DNA of 64,000 nt from Patescibacteria group bacterium (GTDB lineage Bacteria > Patescibacteriota > Microgenomatia > UBA1400 > PJMF01): positions 95,527-159,526 of the forward strand of contig JAHDXH010000001.1 of the NCBI GenBank assembly GCA_023382875.1, given 5' to 3'. The position numbers and the translations under genes were made by a program. How positions within the stretch are numbered: position 1 is the first letter of the stretch; the number at the start of each line of letters is the position of its first letter. Positions 1 to 8,296 of the stretch are shown piece after piece. The notes below the pieces were generated by a model. That model searched no databases, had not been told where the DNA came from, and was given only the letters and a program-made list of their open reading frames with translations.

Positions 1-272
1 GAGTTACCTTTGTCACGTAGGCTCTTGAGTGTGGCAATAAGTTGGTCATTGTCTCTTTGGTGCAAACCGATGGTTGGCTCATCGAGAATGTATAAAACAC
101 CAGTTAAGCCAGTGCCGATTTGTGAGGCTAAGCGAATACGCTGGGCTTCACCACCGGCCAAAGTTCCCGCTTCACGGTCGAGACTTAAATAATTAAGACC
201 GACTGAATTCAAAAAGCTTAAACGCAAAACTATTTCTTTTAAAATACTTTCGCTAATAAACTCTTCTTTTTT
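1..272 (-). pseudogene. uvrA: Continuation of uvrA in the +1 frame, running off the window edge
   Basis: Removing one T from the T7 run at 267-273 gives [74 protein letters not shown] (ABC signature and Walker B of NBD1). Confidence 0.9.
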
Positions 273-1722
273 TATTAAGTGTGCCGTTGTGTTTGAGATC
301 CGATAACCAAGCGGTAGCTTTATTGATCGGCAAAGTTGTAACATTGGCAATATTTTTGCCGCCTACCAACACGTTCAAAGCCTCTTCTTTCAATCTGGCA
401 CCACGACAAGTGGGACAGGTCTGCTTTTGCATGAAGTTGCCGATTTCTTTTCTGATGAAGTCGGAGTCAGTTTCCAAGTAGCGTCTTTCCAAATTAGCGA
501 TAAAGCCTTCAAATTTTTGGGTCCAAACTCTTTCGTTGCCAAAGCTGTCGACCTTTTCAATTTTATAAGCTTTGGTCGAACCATTGAGTAAAATATCTTG
601 AGTTTTTTCGTCAAACTCTTTCCAGGAAGTTTTTCTATAGTCATAGCCACGATCAGTCACTACTTCTCTGACTAAATCAGACCACCAAGTACCATTGGCT
701 AAAGCGCTCGCAAAAGGAATAATTGCACCTTCACTCAAAGTGAGCTCGCTGGCGATGATTTTATTTTGATCAATTTTAAGTTGAGAACCAATGCCGTTGC
801 AGGTTTCACAAGCACCTTGAGGTGAGTTGAAAGAAAACATGCGAGGCTCTAGCTCATTGAGGGAAATACCACAGTAACTGCAAGCTAATTTTTCACTAAA
901 TAACTTGTCGGAAAATTCTTTAGGGTTCTCTGGGAAAGTAAAACTAGAATCACTAATAAAACTTGCGATGACAAAGCCATCAGCCAATTTTAATGATTCT
1001 TCAATGGTTTGCGACAAGCGGCTCTTCAAAGTTTTAAGTTCAGTTTCATCACGAAGTTGTTTTTTGCTGACACTGAGACGATCGACAACCACACTAATGT
1101 CATGTTTGTTATTTTTGAGTAAATCAATTTCCAAGGGTAGATCGTAAACTTGACCATCAATTCTGACTCTGGAATAACCCTTTTTTTGGACACCAGCTAG
1201 CAAACCTTCAAACTCGCCTTTTCTATTTCTGACAATTGGACTAAGAATCATGACTCTGGTAATTTCACCATTAGCTCGAGCTTCGAGTTCATTGACAATT
1301 TGGCCAATGATTTGGTCAACACTTTGAGTAGAAACTTCGCGGCCACAATTTGGACAATGAGGATGACCAATTCGAGCAAAAAGTAATCTCAAGTAATCAT
1401 AGATTTCAGTGATAGTGCCAACAGTAGAGCGAGGATTGTTGGAGGTGGTTTTTTGATCGATAGAAATAGCTGGACTAAGGCCATCAATTTGATCAACGTC
1501 AGGTTTGGTCATCAAACCCAGAAACTGTCTAGCGTAACTAGATAGTGATTCGACGTAACGACGCTGACCCTCGGCATATAAAGTATCAAAGGCCAATGAA
1601 GATTTACCACTTCCAGAAAGACCTGTGAAAACTACGAGTTTATTTTTAGGAATTTCAAGATCGATATTTTTGAGGTTGTGTTCGCGGGCGCCCTTAATTG
1701 TAATCGTTGACTGAGTGCTCAT
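253..1722 (-). CDS. uvrA: Excinuclease ABC subunit A, N-terminal 489 aa (frame ends early after a homopolymer frameshift)
   Basis: [10 protein letters not shown], Walker [21 protein letters not shown], Zn fingers CPNC/CSYC/CETC/CPTC; about half of normal UvrA length. Confidence 0.95.
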   Translation of the reverse strand: MSTQSTITIKGAREHNLKNIDLEIPKNKLVVFTGLSGSGKSSLAFDTLYAEGQRRYVESLSSYARQFLGLMTKPDVDQIDGLSPAISIDQKTTSNNPRSTVGTITEIYDYLRLLFARIGHPHCPNCGREVSTQSVDQIIGQIVNELEARANGEITRVMILSPIVRNRKGEFEGLLAGVQKKGYSRVRIDGQVYDLPLEIDLLKNNKHDISVVVDRLSVSKKQLRDETELKTLKSRLSQTIEESLKLADGFVIASFISDSSFTFPENPKEFSDKLFSEKLACSYCGISLNELEPRMFSFNSPQGACETCNGIGSQLKIDQNKIIASELTLSEGAIIPFASALANGTWWSDLVREVVTDRGYDYRKTSWKEFDEKTQDILLNGSTKAYKIEKVDSFGNERVWTQKFEGFIANLERRYLETDSDFIRKEIGNFMQKQTCPTCRGARLKEEALNVLVGGKNIANVTTLPINKATAWLSDLKHNGTLNKKRRVY

Positions 1723-1802
1723 TTTTTCTTGATGTAAGCTTATTTAACGAAGGTTCATTATAGCCTGCTTGACCAAATTTCTCAAGCGTTGGATGTAGCT
1801 AT

Positions 1803-3911
1803 TTATTCACCTATTTCTCTAATACGATCTCTGATTAAAGCGGCCAATTCAAAGTCTAGATTAGTAGCAGCGATTCTCATTTCTTGACGAAGTTTTTTGA
1901 TGTGTTGTTTGAGATCGTATGGTGTTAGATCACTTGGGTCAACCTCAAGAATTTCTAGCTGAGGATTTGGGTTGGCTTTTGTGCCTTTTTTGTTTCCGTA
2001 TTTGCCTTTGCCAGTCTCATCTTCCTCGGTTTTTTCAATCATTCTTTCTCTGATTGGTTTGTTGATGGTGGTTGGAGTAATGTTGTGAGTTTGGTTGTGC
2101 TTGATTTGAGCTTCACGACGACGTTTGGTTTCGTCCATAGCTGCCTTCATGGAATCAGTAATGCGGTCCGCATATAAAATGACATGGCCTTCTGAGTGTC
2201 TAGCTGCTCTACCCATGGTTTGAATAAGGGAGGTGCGGGAACGCAAGAAACCTTCCTTATCGGCATCAAGGATGGCAACCAATGTGACTTCGGGCAGATC
2301 AAGACCTTCTCTGAGCAAGTTAATACCTACTAAAACATCGTATTCTCCCCTTCTTAAGTCGGCCAAAATGTCTGATCTTTCTAAGGTCTCAATGTCTGAG
2401 TGAAGATAGGCAACTTTTGGTAAGAATGAGTTGAAGTTTGGTCCTTTGAGATGTGGAACTAATTTGGCAATTTTATCTGGATCATTAAGATAATCTGTCA
2501 AAGCCTCTGACATTTTTTTAGTCAAAGTGGTCACCAAGACTCTTTGGCCGAGTTTTTTTCTGTCGATAATTTCTACAATCAGATTTTCTACTTGGTTAGC
2601 GGTAGGTCTAATCTCCACCTCAGGATCAAGTAAACCTGTAGGTCTAATCAATTGTTCAACCACACCACCCTCACTCATCGAGATTTCCCACTCATTTGGT
2701 GTAGCAGAGACATGGATGAATTGTTTATTTAATTTCAAAAACTCATCAAATTTAAGGGGACGGTTATCGAGGGCACTGGGCAATCTAAAGCCGTAATCGA
2801 TCAGTGTCTGTTTTCTTGATTGGTCGCCGTTATACATGCCTCGAACTTGAGGGACACTGATATGGCTTTCATCAACGATAGTCAAAAAATCTTTGCCAAA
2901 AAGTCTAGAGTTTTCATTGAAGTAATCGATAAGAGTATATGGTGGATCACCTGGCTCTCGGCCGTCAAAGTAACGGGTGTAGTTTTCGATACCATTAGTA
3001 AAGCCAAACTCTTTAATCATCTCCAAATCGTAATTCACTTTTTGTTTCAAGCGGTATGCTTCGATGGATTTTCCTTGCGCTTCTAGCTCTGCCAGTCTCT
3101 TTTCAAGATCAAATCTAATATTATCAATAGCATTAATTTTGGTTTGTGGGTTAACCATGAAGTGCTTAGCCGGAAAAATCATGGTCTTATATGGTGAAAA
3201 CTTCTTTTCTTCTGGCAAAATGCTACCACTAACTGGATCAATCCAGTTGATTTTAGTGACTCTATCTTCCAGTGTATCGATAGCTAAGGCTTTGTCTTCA
3301 TAAGCTGGCCAAACTTGAATGATGTCACCTCTGAGTCTGTAGGTACCACGACGCAAATCATTGTCACTGCGATCATATTGGAGATTGGTAAGTTGAGATA
3401 AAAGACTCGAGCGAGCAATCAGCTCCCCTTCCATGACTTCCAAAGTATAGTTGCCGTATTCGGCTGGTGAACCAAGGTTATATATACAAGAAACTGAAGC
3501 AATAATAATGACGTCGTTGCGAGTCAAAAGATTGGTAGTGGCCGCCAAGCGCAGTTTGTCGATTTCATCATTGATTGTGGCTTCTTTTTCAATATAGGTA
3601 TCTGTGCTAACGATATATGCTTCTGGTTGATAATAATCGTAATAAGAAACAAAATAATTGACGGCATTTTCTGGGAAAAATTCTTTAAACTCCTGATAGA
3701 GTTGAGCAGCTAAAGTTTTGTTATGAGCAATAATGAGAGTTGGTTTTTGGGTTTTGGCGATAATATTGGCCATGGTGAAGGTTTTACCAGAGCCAGTAAC
3801 ACCTAGGAGTACCTGGTGTTCTTTGTGATTATTTACCCCTTCGACTAATTGAGAAATCGCTTGAGGTTGGTCGCCAGTTGGTTGAAATTTTGAATGAAGC
3901 TTGAATTCCAT
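1803..3911 (-). CDS. uvrB: Excinuclease ABC subunit B
   Basis: PTGDQPQAI, GVTGSGKT, YYDYYQPEAY beta-hairpin, DESH, GINLLREGLD, C-terminal UVR coil. Confidence 0.98.
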   Translation of the reverse strand: MEFKLHSKFQPTGDQPQAISQLVEGVNNHKEHQVLLGVTGSGKTFTMANIIAKTQKPTLIIAHNKTLAAQLYQEFKEFFPENAVNYFVSYYDYYQPEAYIVSTDTYIEKEATINDEIDKLRLAATTNLLTRNDVIIIASVSCIYNLGSPAEYGNYTLEVMEGELIARSSLLSQLTNLQYDRSDNDLRRGTYRLRGDIIQVWPAYEDKALAIDTLEDRVTKINWIDPVSGSILPEEKKFSPYKTMIFPAKHFMVNPQTKINAIDNIRFDLEKRLAELEAQGKSIEAYRLKQKVNYDLEMIKEFGFTNGIENYTRYFDGREPGDPPYTLIDYFNENSRLFGKDFLTIVDESHISVPQVRGMYNGDQSRKQTLIDYGFRLPSALDNRPLKFDEFLKLNKQFIHVSATPNEWEISMSEGGVVEQLIRPTGLLDPEVEIRPTANQVENLIVEIIDRKKLGQRVLVTTLTKKMSEALTDYLNDPDKIAKLVPHLKGPNFNSFLPKVAYLHSDIETLERSDILADLRRGEYDVLVGINLLREGLDLPEVTLVAILDADKEGFLRSRTSLIQTMGRAARHSEGHVILYADRITDSMKAAMDETKRRREAQIKHNQTHNITPTTINKPIRERMIEKTEEDETGKGKYGNKKGTKANPNPQLEILEVDPSDLTPYDLKQHIKKLRQEMRIAATNLDFELAALIRDRIREIGE

Positions 3912-3978
3912 GTTCTCCTATTTTACCAGCTCTTTTAAGGTAGGCGCTTAGTTATTTGGTTTTATCTGTATAAAATGG

Positions 3979-4012
3979 AAAACCGCCATTGGTTGTGGCC
4001 AACGGCGGTTTT
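3979..4012. terminator. Intrinsic terminator hairpin closing the small minus-strand unit
   Basis: AAAACCGCCATTGG-TTGTGG-CCAACGGCGGTTTT inverted repeat. Confidence 0.8.
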
Positions 4013-4088
4013 GTGTAAGAGGACTAAGGGGCGTCCTCGAAAGAAAGTTTAGCGCCTTTTAACGCAAGGCGTGCGAGGTTCGGTCTGG

Positions 4089-4220
4089 CTAGATGACCAC
4101 TTTCCAGTAGCTGCCAGTCCATTCCCAGACGTGATTTCCATGCTGAATCTTTTGACCTTTGTACTTACCCACACACTGCGGGCAGTCGTCATCGGTTGCT
4201 TGCTGCATGTACGTCTTCAT
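4089..4220 (-). CDS. 43-aa microprotein with CxxC and HxxH motifs (below ORF-track cutoff)
   Basis: Manual translation MKTYMQQATDDDCPQCVGKYKGQKIQHGNHVWEWTGSYWKVVI*; AAAGGA upstream, consensus promoter, downstream terminator. Confidence 0.7.
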   Translation of the reverse strand: MKTYMQQATDDDCPQCVGKYKGQKIQHGNHVWEWTGSYWKVVI

Positions 4221-4280
4221 CTTTACTTCGTCCTTTAACTAAACAGTCGTCAATAATCTAGTCTTTATGACTAGAACGTT

Positions 4281-4309
4281 ATTATACAACACAAATCAAG
4301 TAGTGTCAA
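4281..4309 (-). promoter_or_regulatory. Consensus sigma70 promoter for the microprotein unit
   Basis: Minus strand TTGACA-N17-TATAAT, exact consensus. Confidence 0.8.
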
Positions 4310-4370
4310 GTATTATAGGCCTCTTCTTTAAATAAAGCAGATTTAAGCAAAATTAAGTTACAATAAAGCT

Positions 4371-4928
4371 ATGATTTCAGTTTCAACCAAAAAAGGCGAT
4401 GCTGGCCAATCATCGGTCATTGGCTCCAAATTAATTTCCAAAGATAGTTTAATCTTTGAAGTTTTGGGCGATGTTGATGAGTTAAATTCTTGGTTGGGCG
4501 TGGTTGTGGCTGGTTTGAAACACAAAACTACTAAGCCTCATCTCCACCTCATCGATCATTTGCTCGAGGTTCAGGAAAAGCTATTTACTTTAAGTGCTGA
4601 GATTGCTGGTTCTAACAAAGTGAAGCTAACAAGTTCTGATTTGAAAAAAATTGAGAGCCGAGCTGACAAAATTCAAAAAAGCTTATCAAAAAATTGGCAC
4701 ACTAAATTTATTTATCCCGGCGGTTCTAATTTGGCTGCATGGACGGATGTGGCCAGAGCAGTCTGTAGGCGCTGTGAAAGAAGGATAGTGGCTTTTAGCA
4801 AGACCACTACCCTTTCCCCCTTGGTGTTTCAATACGTGAATCGTTTATCTGATTATCTTTACTTGATTAGATGCCAGTTAAATGATCTCGACGATATTAA
4901 AGAAACAAAATTTAACGACGTTTCCTGA
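4371..4928 (+). CDS. pduO: PduO-type cob(I)alamin adenosyltransferase
   Basis: TKKGDAG, GDVDELNS, RAVCRRCER, NRLSDYLY motifs. Confidence 0.88.
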   Translation: MISVSTKKGDAGQSSVIGSKLISKDSLIFEVLGDVDELNSWLGVVVAGLKHKTTKPHLHLIDHLLEVQEKLFTLSAEIAGSNKVKLTSSDLKKIESRADKIQKSLSKNWHTKFIYPGGSNLAAWTDVARAVCRRCERRIVAFSKTTTLSPLVFQYVNRLSDYLYLIRCQLNDLDDIKETKFNDVS

Positions 4929-4936
4929 GTAGTAAG

Positions 4937-5557
4937 TTAGTACTGGAAGCGACGAATTAGACCAACGCATCTGCCTTGAATACGAACATTAGTAGCAAAG
5001 ATTGGACTCATGGTGGAGTTGGCTGGTTCTAATCTAATTCTAGTTAATTCTTTGTAATAGCGTTTCAAAGTGGCTAAGCCATTATCGAGCAAAGCTACCA
5101 CAATATCACCGTTGTTAACTTCTTGTGTTTCCTCAATGACCACATAATCGCCATCATCAATGTGATCTTCAATCATAGACAGACCTTTGACTTGCAAAAC
5201 ATATGAGCGTTTTTTGCCAGAAATCATTTCTGGAGAAACCTTGAAGGAAGCATTTTGGTCTGGATGTGGTTCGATTGGACGACCCGCAGCAATATAGCCT
5301 AAGAAAGGTAGGTCAACGCTGTCGGTCATGCGTAAAAAAGTTCTATCAATTAATTCAATGCCGCGCACTGCGCCATCATGTTTTTTGATAATTTTTTTAC
5401 GTTGCAAAGCTTGCAAGTGTTCATGAACGGTGGCTAAGGAAGAAACACCCAAGCTTTCGGCAATTTCCTTTAAAGTTGGTGAATAGCCATTTTTTTGCAC
5501 ATATTGCGCAATGAAGTCGACAATTTGACGTTGACGTTTGTAGAGGGTGATTGGCAT
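4937..5557 (-). CDS. lexA: LexA SOS repressor
   Basis: N-terminal wHTH (YSPTLKEIA), IAAG cleavage site, GLSM and TLKR catalytic Ser/Lys. Confidence 0.96.
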   Translation of the reverse strand: MPITLYKRQRQIVDFIAQYVQKNGYSPTLKEIAESLGVSSLATVHEHLQALQRKKIIKKHDGAVRGIELIDRTFLRMTDSVDLPFLGYIAAGRPIEPHPDQNASFKVSPEMISGKKRSYVLQVKGLSMIEDHIDDGDYVVIEETQEVNNGDIVVALLDNGLATLKRYYKELTRIRLEPANSTMSPIFATNVRIQGRCVGLIRRFQY

Positions 5558-5569
5558 GAGCTTCCTTTC

Positions 5570-5695
5570 TTTGGTTTATATTTGGCGTAACTAACCCGTA
5601 CTTGGACTAGAATAGCCGAATCTTAACCAAACTGACAATCTGATCTTTATTAATCTATAAATATCAAACTAGATCAATTCCGAAGAAAGTCCAAA
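5570..5695 (-). promoter_or_regulatory. lexA promoter with three TTYGG-N6-TTYGG direct repeats (candidate LexA operators)
   Basis: Repeats at 5570-5585 (+), 5616-5631 (-), 5680-5695 (-); the middle one lies in the spacer of TTGTCA-N18-TATTCT. Confidence 0.6.
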
Positions 5696-5706
5696 CCACC
5701 CGAAAA

Positions 5707-6360
5707 TTACTCAGCTTTTTTGGCTTTTTCTCGCTTGCTTTTGATGAATTCAAAGATCATTGGCAAGACAGAAATACCGATGATGCCGAACACCACGAAG
5801 GTAAAGTTATGTTGAACAGCGGGAATGTTGCCAAAGAAATAGCCGGCCAGAGTAAAGGCAGTTACCCAGATGACGCCACCAATGATGTTGTATAAAACGA
5901 AAGTGTCATAGTGCATCTTGCCTACACCAGCCACAAATGGAGCGAATGTTCTCACAATTGGGACGAAGCGGGCCAAAATAATAGTTTTACCACCATGCTT
6001 TTTGTAAAACTCTTGAGTTTTATCGATATGTTCTTGATTAATAAACTTAATTTTTTTACTGTCGACAATTTTTTGGCCAAAAACATTGCCGATCCAGTAG
6101 TTGACCGAGTCACCTAGGATGGCCGCAGCATAAAGAAGAATCAAAACTCCAGTCAAATGAATTGAGCCTAAGGCGCTCAAGGCACCGATGGCAAAGAGCA
6201 ATGAATCGCCTGGTAAAAACGGTGTAACCACAAAGCCAGTTTCAGCAAAAATGATCATGAATAAAATGAAATAAGTCAAAGAGCCATAGGCTTGAATAAT
6301 CTCATTGAGGTGAGTGTCGATGTGTAAAATGAAGTCAACGATAAAAGCTAAGATTTGCAT
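5707..6360 (-). CDS. dedA: DedA family membrane protein
   Basis: FAETG..PFLPGDSLLF, LARFVPIVRTFAPFVAG. Confidence 0.93.
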   Translation of the reverse strand: MQILAFIVDFILHIDTHLNEIIQAYGSLTYFILFMIIFAETGFVVTPFLPGDSLLFAIGALSALGSIHLTGVLILLYAAAILGDSVNYWIGNVFGQKIVDSKKIKFINQEHIDKTQEFYKKHGGKTIILARFVPIVRTFAPFVAGVGKMHYDTFVLYNIIGGVIWVTAFTLAGYFFGNIPAVQHNFTFVVFGIIGISVLPMIFEFIKSKREKAKKAE

Positions 6361-6379
6361 AATCTTGAATACTAATAAT

Positions 6380-8296
6380 TTATACTAGGGCTCTACCTGT
6401 CATTGTATCAGGCTTAGGAATACCCATCACCTTTAACATTGTTGGGGCGACATCAGCTAAGATGCCAGTGGGTAACATGGCGCTTTGACCCATGAATTGT
6501 TTGCCAATAATCATCAATGGAACTGGATAAATAGAGTGCTCAGTGTCGACTTCACCTGTCTCGTTATTGATCAACTCTTCTGCATTGCCGTGGTCGGCAG
6601 TAATGAAAGCGACGCCGCCATGGTTAACAATAGTTTTAACCAAATCACCCACCACTTCATCAACGACTTCACAGGCTTTGATAGTGGCTTCGAGATTGCC
6701 AGTGTGGCCGACCATATCACCATTACAAATGTTAGTAATAATGACATCGCAGAGGTCGCCCTCAACTCTTTTTTTGATCTCAGCGACAATTTCTCTGGCC
6801 GACATTTCTGGCACTTCGTCGTAGGATTTCGCCCCTTTAGATGGAATGATGACTCTTTCCTCTCCTGGGTAAATATCGTTGACTTGGCCATTCATATAAT
6901 AAGAAACAAATCTTTCCTTTTCTGTCTCGGTAGCTCTAAGTTGGCGCAAGCCATGTTGAGCAAAGACCATGCCTAGGGGCATTTTGACGAATTGAGGTGG
7001 GAAAGCAATATCAACAGGCAAGCCATCTTCATATCTGGTCATGGTGACAAAATAGAGATTTTTCAGAATTCTTTGTCGGGTGAAAGTTTGAACTTGAGGT
7101 GTTTCTTCTTGAATGTTAGTTTTTTTATATTTTTCTTGATATGGGTCAAAGGCTTCGCCAGAAAAACCTTGCTCGAAGTCTGGCTGAACAAAGGCACGAG
7201 TCAGCTCACGAGGTCGGTCAATACGATAGTTAAAGAAGATGACTGCGTCATTATCATTAATAATTCGAGCTTGACCGTTTTCTTCGCAAAAAACCATTGG
7301 CTCGATAAATTCATCAGTGACATTTTTACTATACTGATCTTGCATTGCTGCAGCCGGATCAATGTTGCAGGCACCAACGCCTTGAGTAAGGGCGTTGTAG
7401 GCTTTTTCAATTCTGTCCCAGCGTTTGTCTCTGTCCATGGCATAAAAACGACCCATTAGCGATGCAATTTTTCCTACACCCAATTTGTGAGTAAGGTTAA
7501 TGATTTGCTGAACGTAATTAATGCCAGAAGTTGGAGGTGAGTCTCTACCATCGGTAAAGCCGTGAATAAAAACCTTGGTTATTCCTTGTTTTTTGCATAA
7601 ATTGAGTAAAGCATACAGATGTTCAATATTGGAGTGAACACCACCAGCACCGATTAAACCCATTAGATGAAGCGAAGAGTTGTGCTGACGAACATGATTG
7701 AAAGCACTAATGAATGCAGGCATCGAGTCAAAGCTGCCATCGGCAATAGACATGTTAATTCTTGGTAAATCTTGGTAAACAATGTTGCCAGCGCCAATGT
7801 TAAGGTGACCTGTCTCTGTATTGCCATCTTCTCCGTGTGGCAATCCAACAGCCTCGCCACTGGCTGCTAGTTGAGTATGGGGAAAAGTTAACCAGTATTT
7901 ATCAAGATTTGGTGTGTTTGCTCTGGCAATAGCATTGCCAGCATTATTTGGTCCAATCCCCCAGCCATCGAGAACAATGAGGGCAACTGGCTTTGGTCCA
8001 TTGTAATCTTGCTGAGGATGAGTGCCATCAAAGTCTTTTCTGGTAACTATTGGTTCAAGGTTATGCTTTGGAGCGTCAGTGATGGCTTGATTATCTGTAG
8101 TAGTTTGGTTAACGGGGTTTTGCTCAGTAGGATTTTGTTCAGTAACTGTGGTTGGCGCGACAGGCGCTGTTGCTGGCGTTGCCGCTGGCACGGGCGCAGA
8201 TGTTGGAGCTACGTTGGTTGCATTATTGCCCAAATTTGGAAGCGAGATATGGGGCTCTTCTTTTTGAACGTTGTTCGGTTGGTTTGGAGTTGTCAT
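6380..8296 (-). CDS. gpmI: 2,3-BPG-independent phosphoglycerate mutase with ~100-aa P/T/Q/N-rich N-terminal extension
   Basis: LIVLDGWG, GNTETGH, DGRD, GRFYAMDRD, DMVGH, ADHGN. Confidence 0.93.
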   Translation of the reverse strand: MTTPNQPNNVQKEEPHISLPNLGNNATNVAPTSAPVPAATPATAPVAPTTVTEQNPTEQNPVNQTTTDNQAITDAPKHNLEPIVTRKDFDGTHPQQDYNGPKPVALIVLDGWGIGPNNAGNAIARANTPNLDKYWLTFPHTQLAASGEAVGLPHGEDGNTETGHLNIGAGNIVYQDLPRINMSIADGSFDSMPAFISAFNHVRQHNSSLHLMGLIGAGGVHSNIEHLYALLNLCKKQGITKVFIHGFTDGRDSPPTSGINYVQQIINLTHKLGVGKIASLMGRFYAMDRDKRWDRIEKAYNALTQGVGACNIDPAAAMQDQYSKNVTDEFIEPMVFCEENGQARIINDNDAVIFFNYRIDRPRELTRAFVQPDFEQGFSGEAFDPYQEKYKKTNIQEETPQVQTFTRQRILKNLYFVTMTRYEDGLPVDIAFPPQFVKMPLGMVFAQHGLRQLRATETEKERFVSYYMNGQVNDIYPGEERVIIPSKGAKSYDEVPEMSAREIVAEIKKRVEGDLCDVIITNICNGDMVGHTGNLEATIKACEVVDEVVGDLVKTIVNHGGVAFITADHGNAEELINNETGEVDTEHSIYPVPLMIIGKQFMGQSAMLPTGILADVAPTMLKVMGIPKPDTMTGRALV

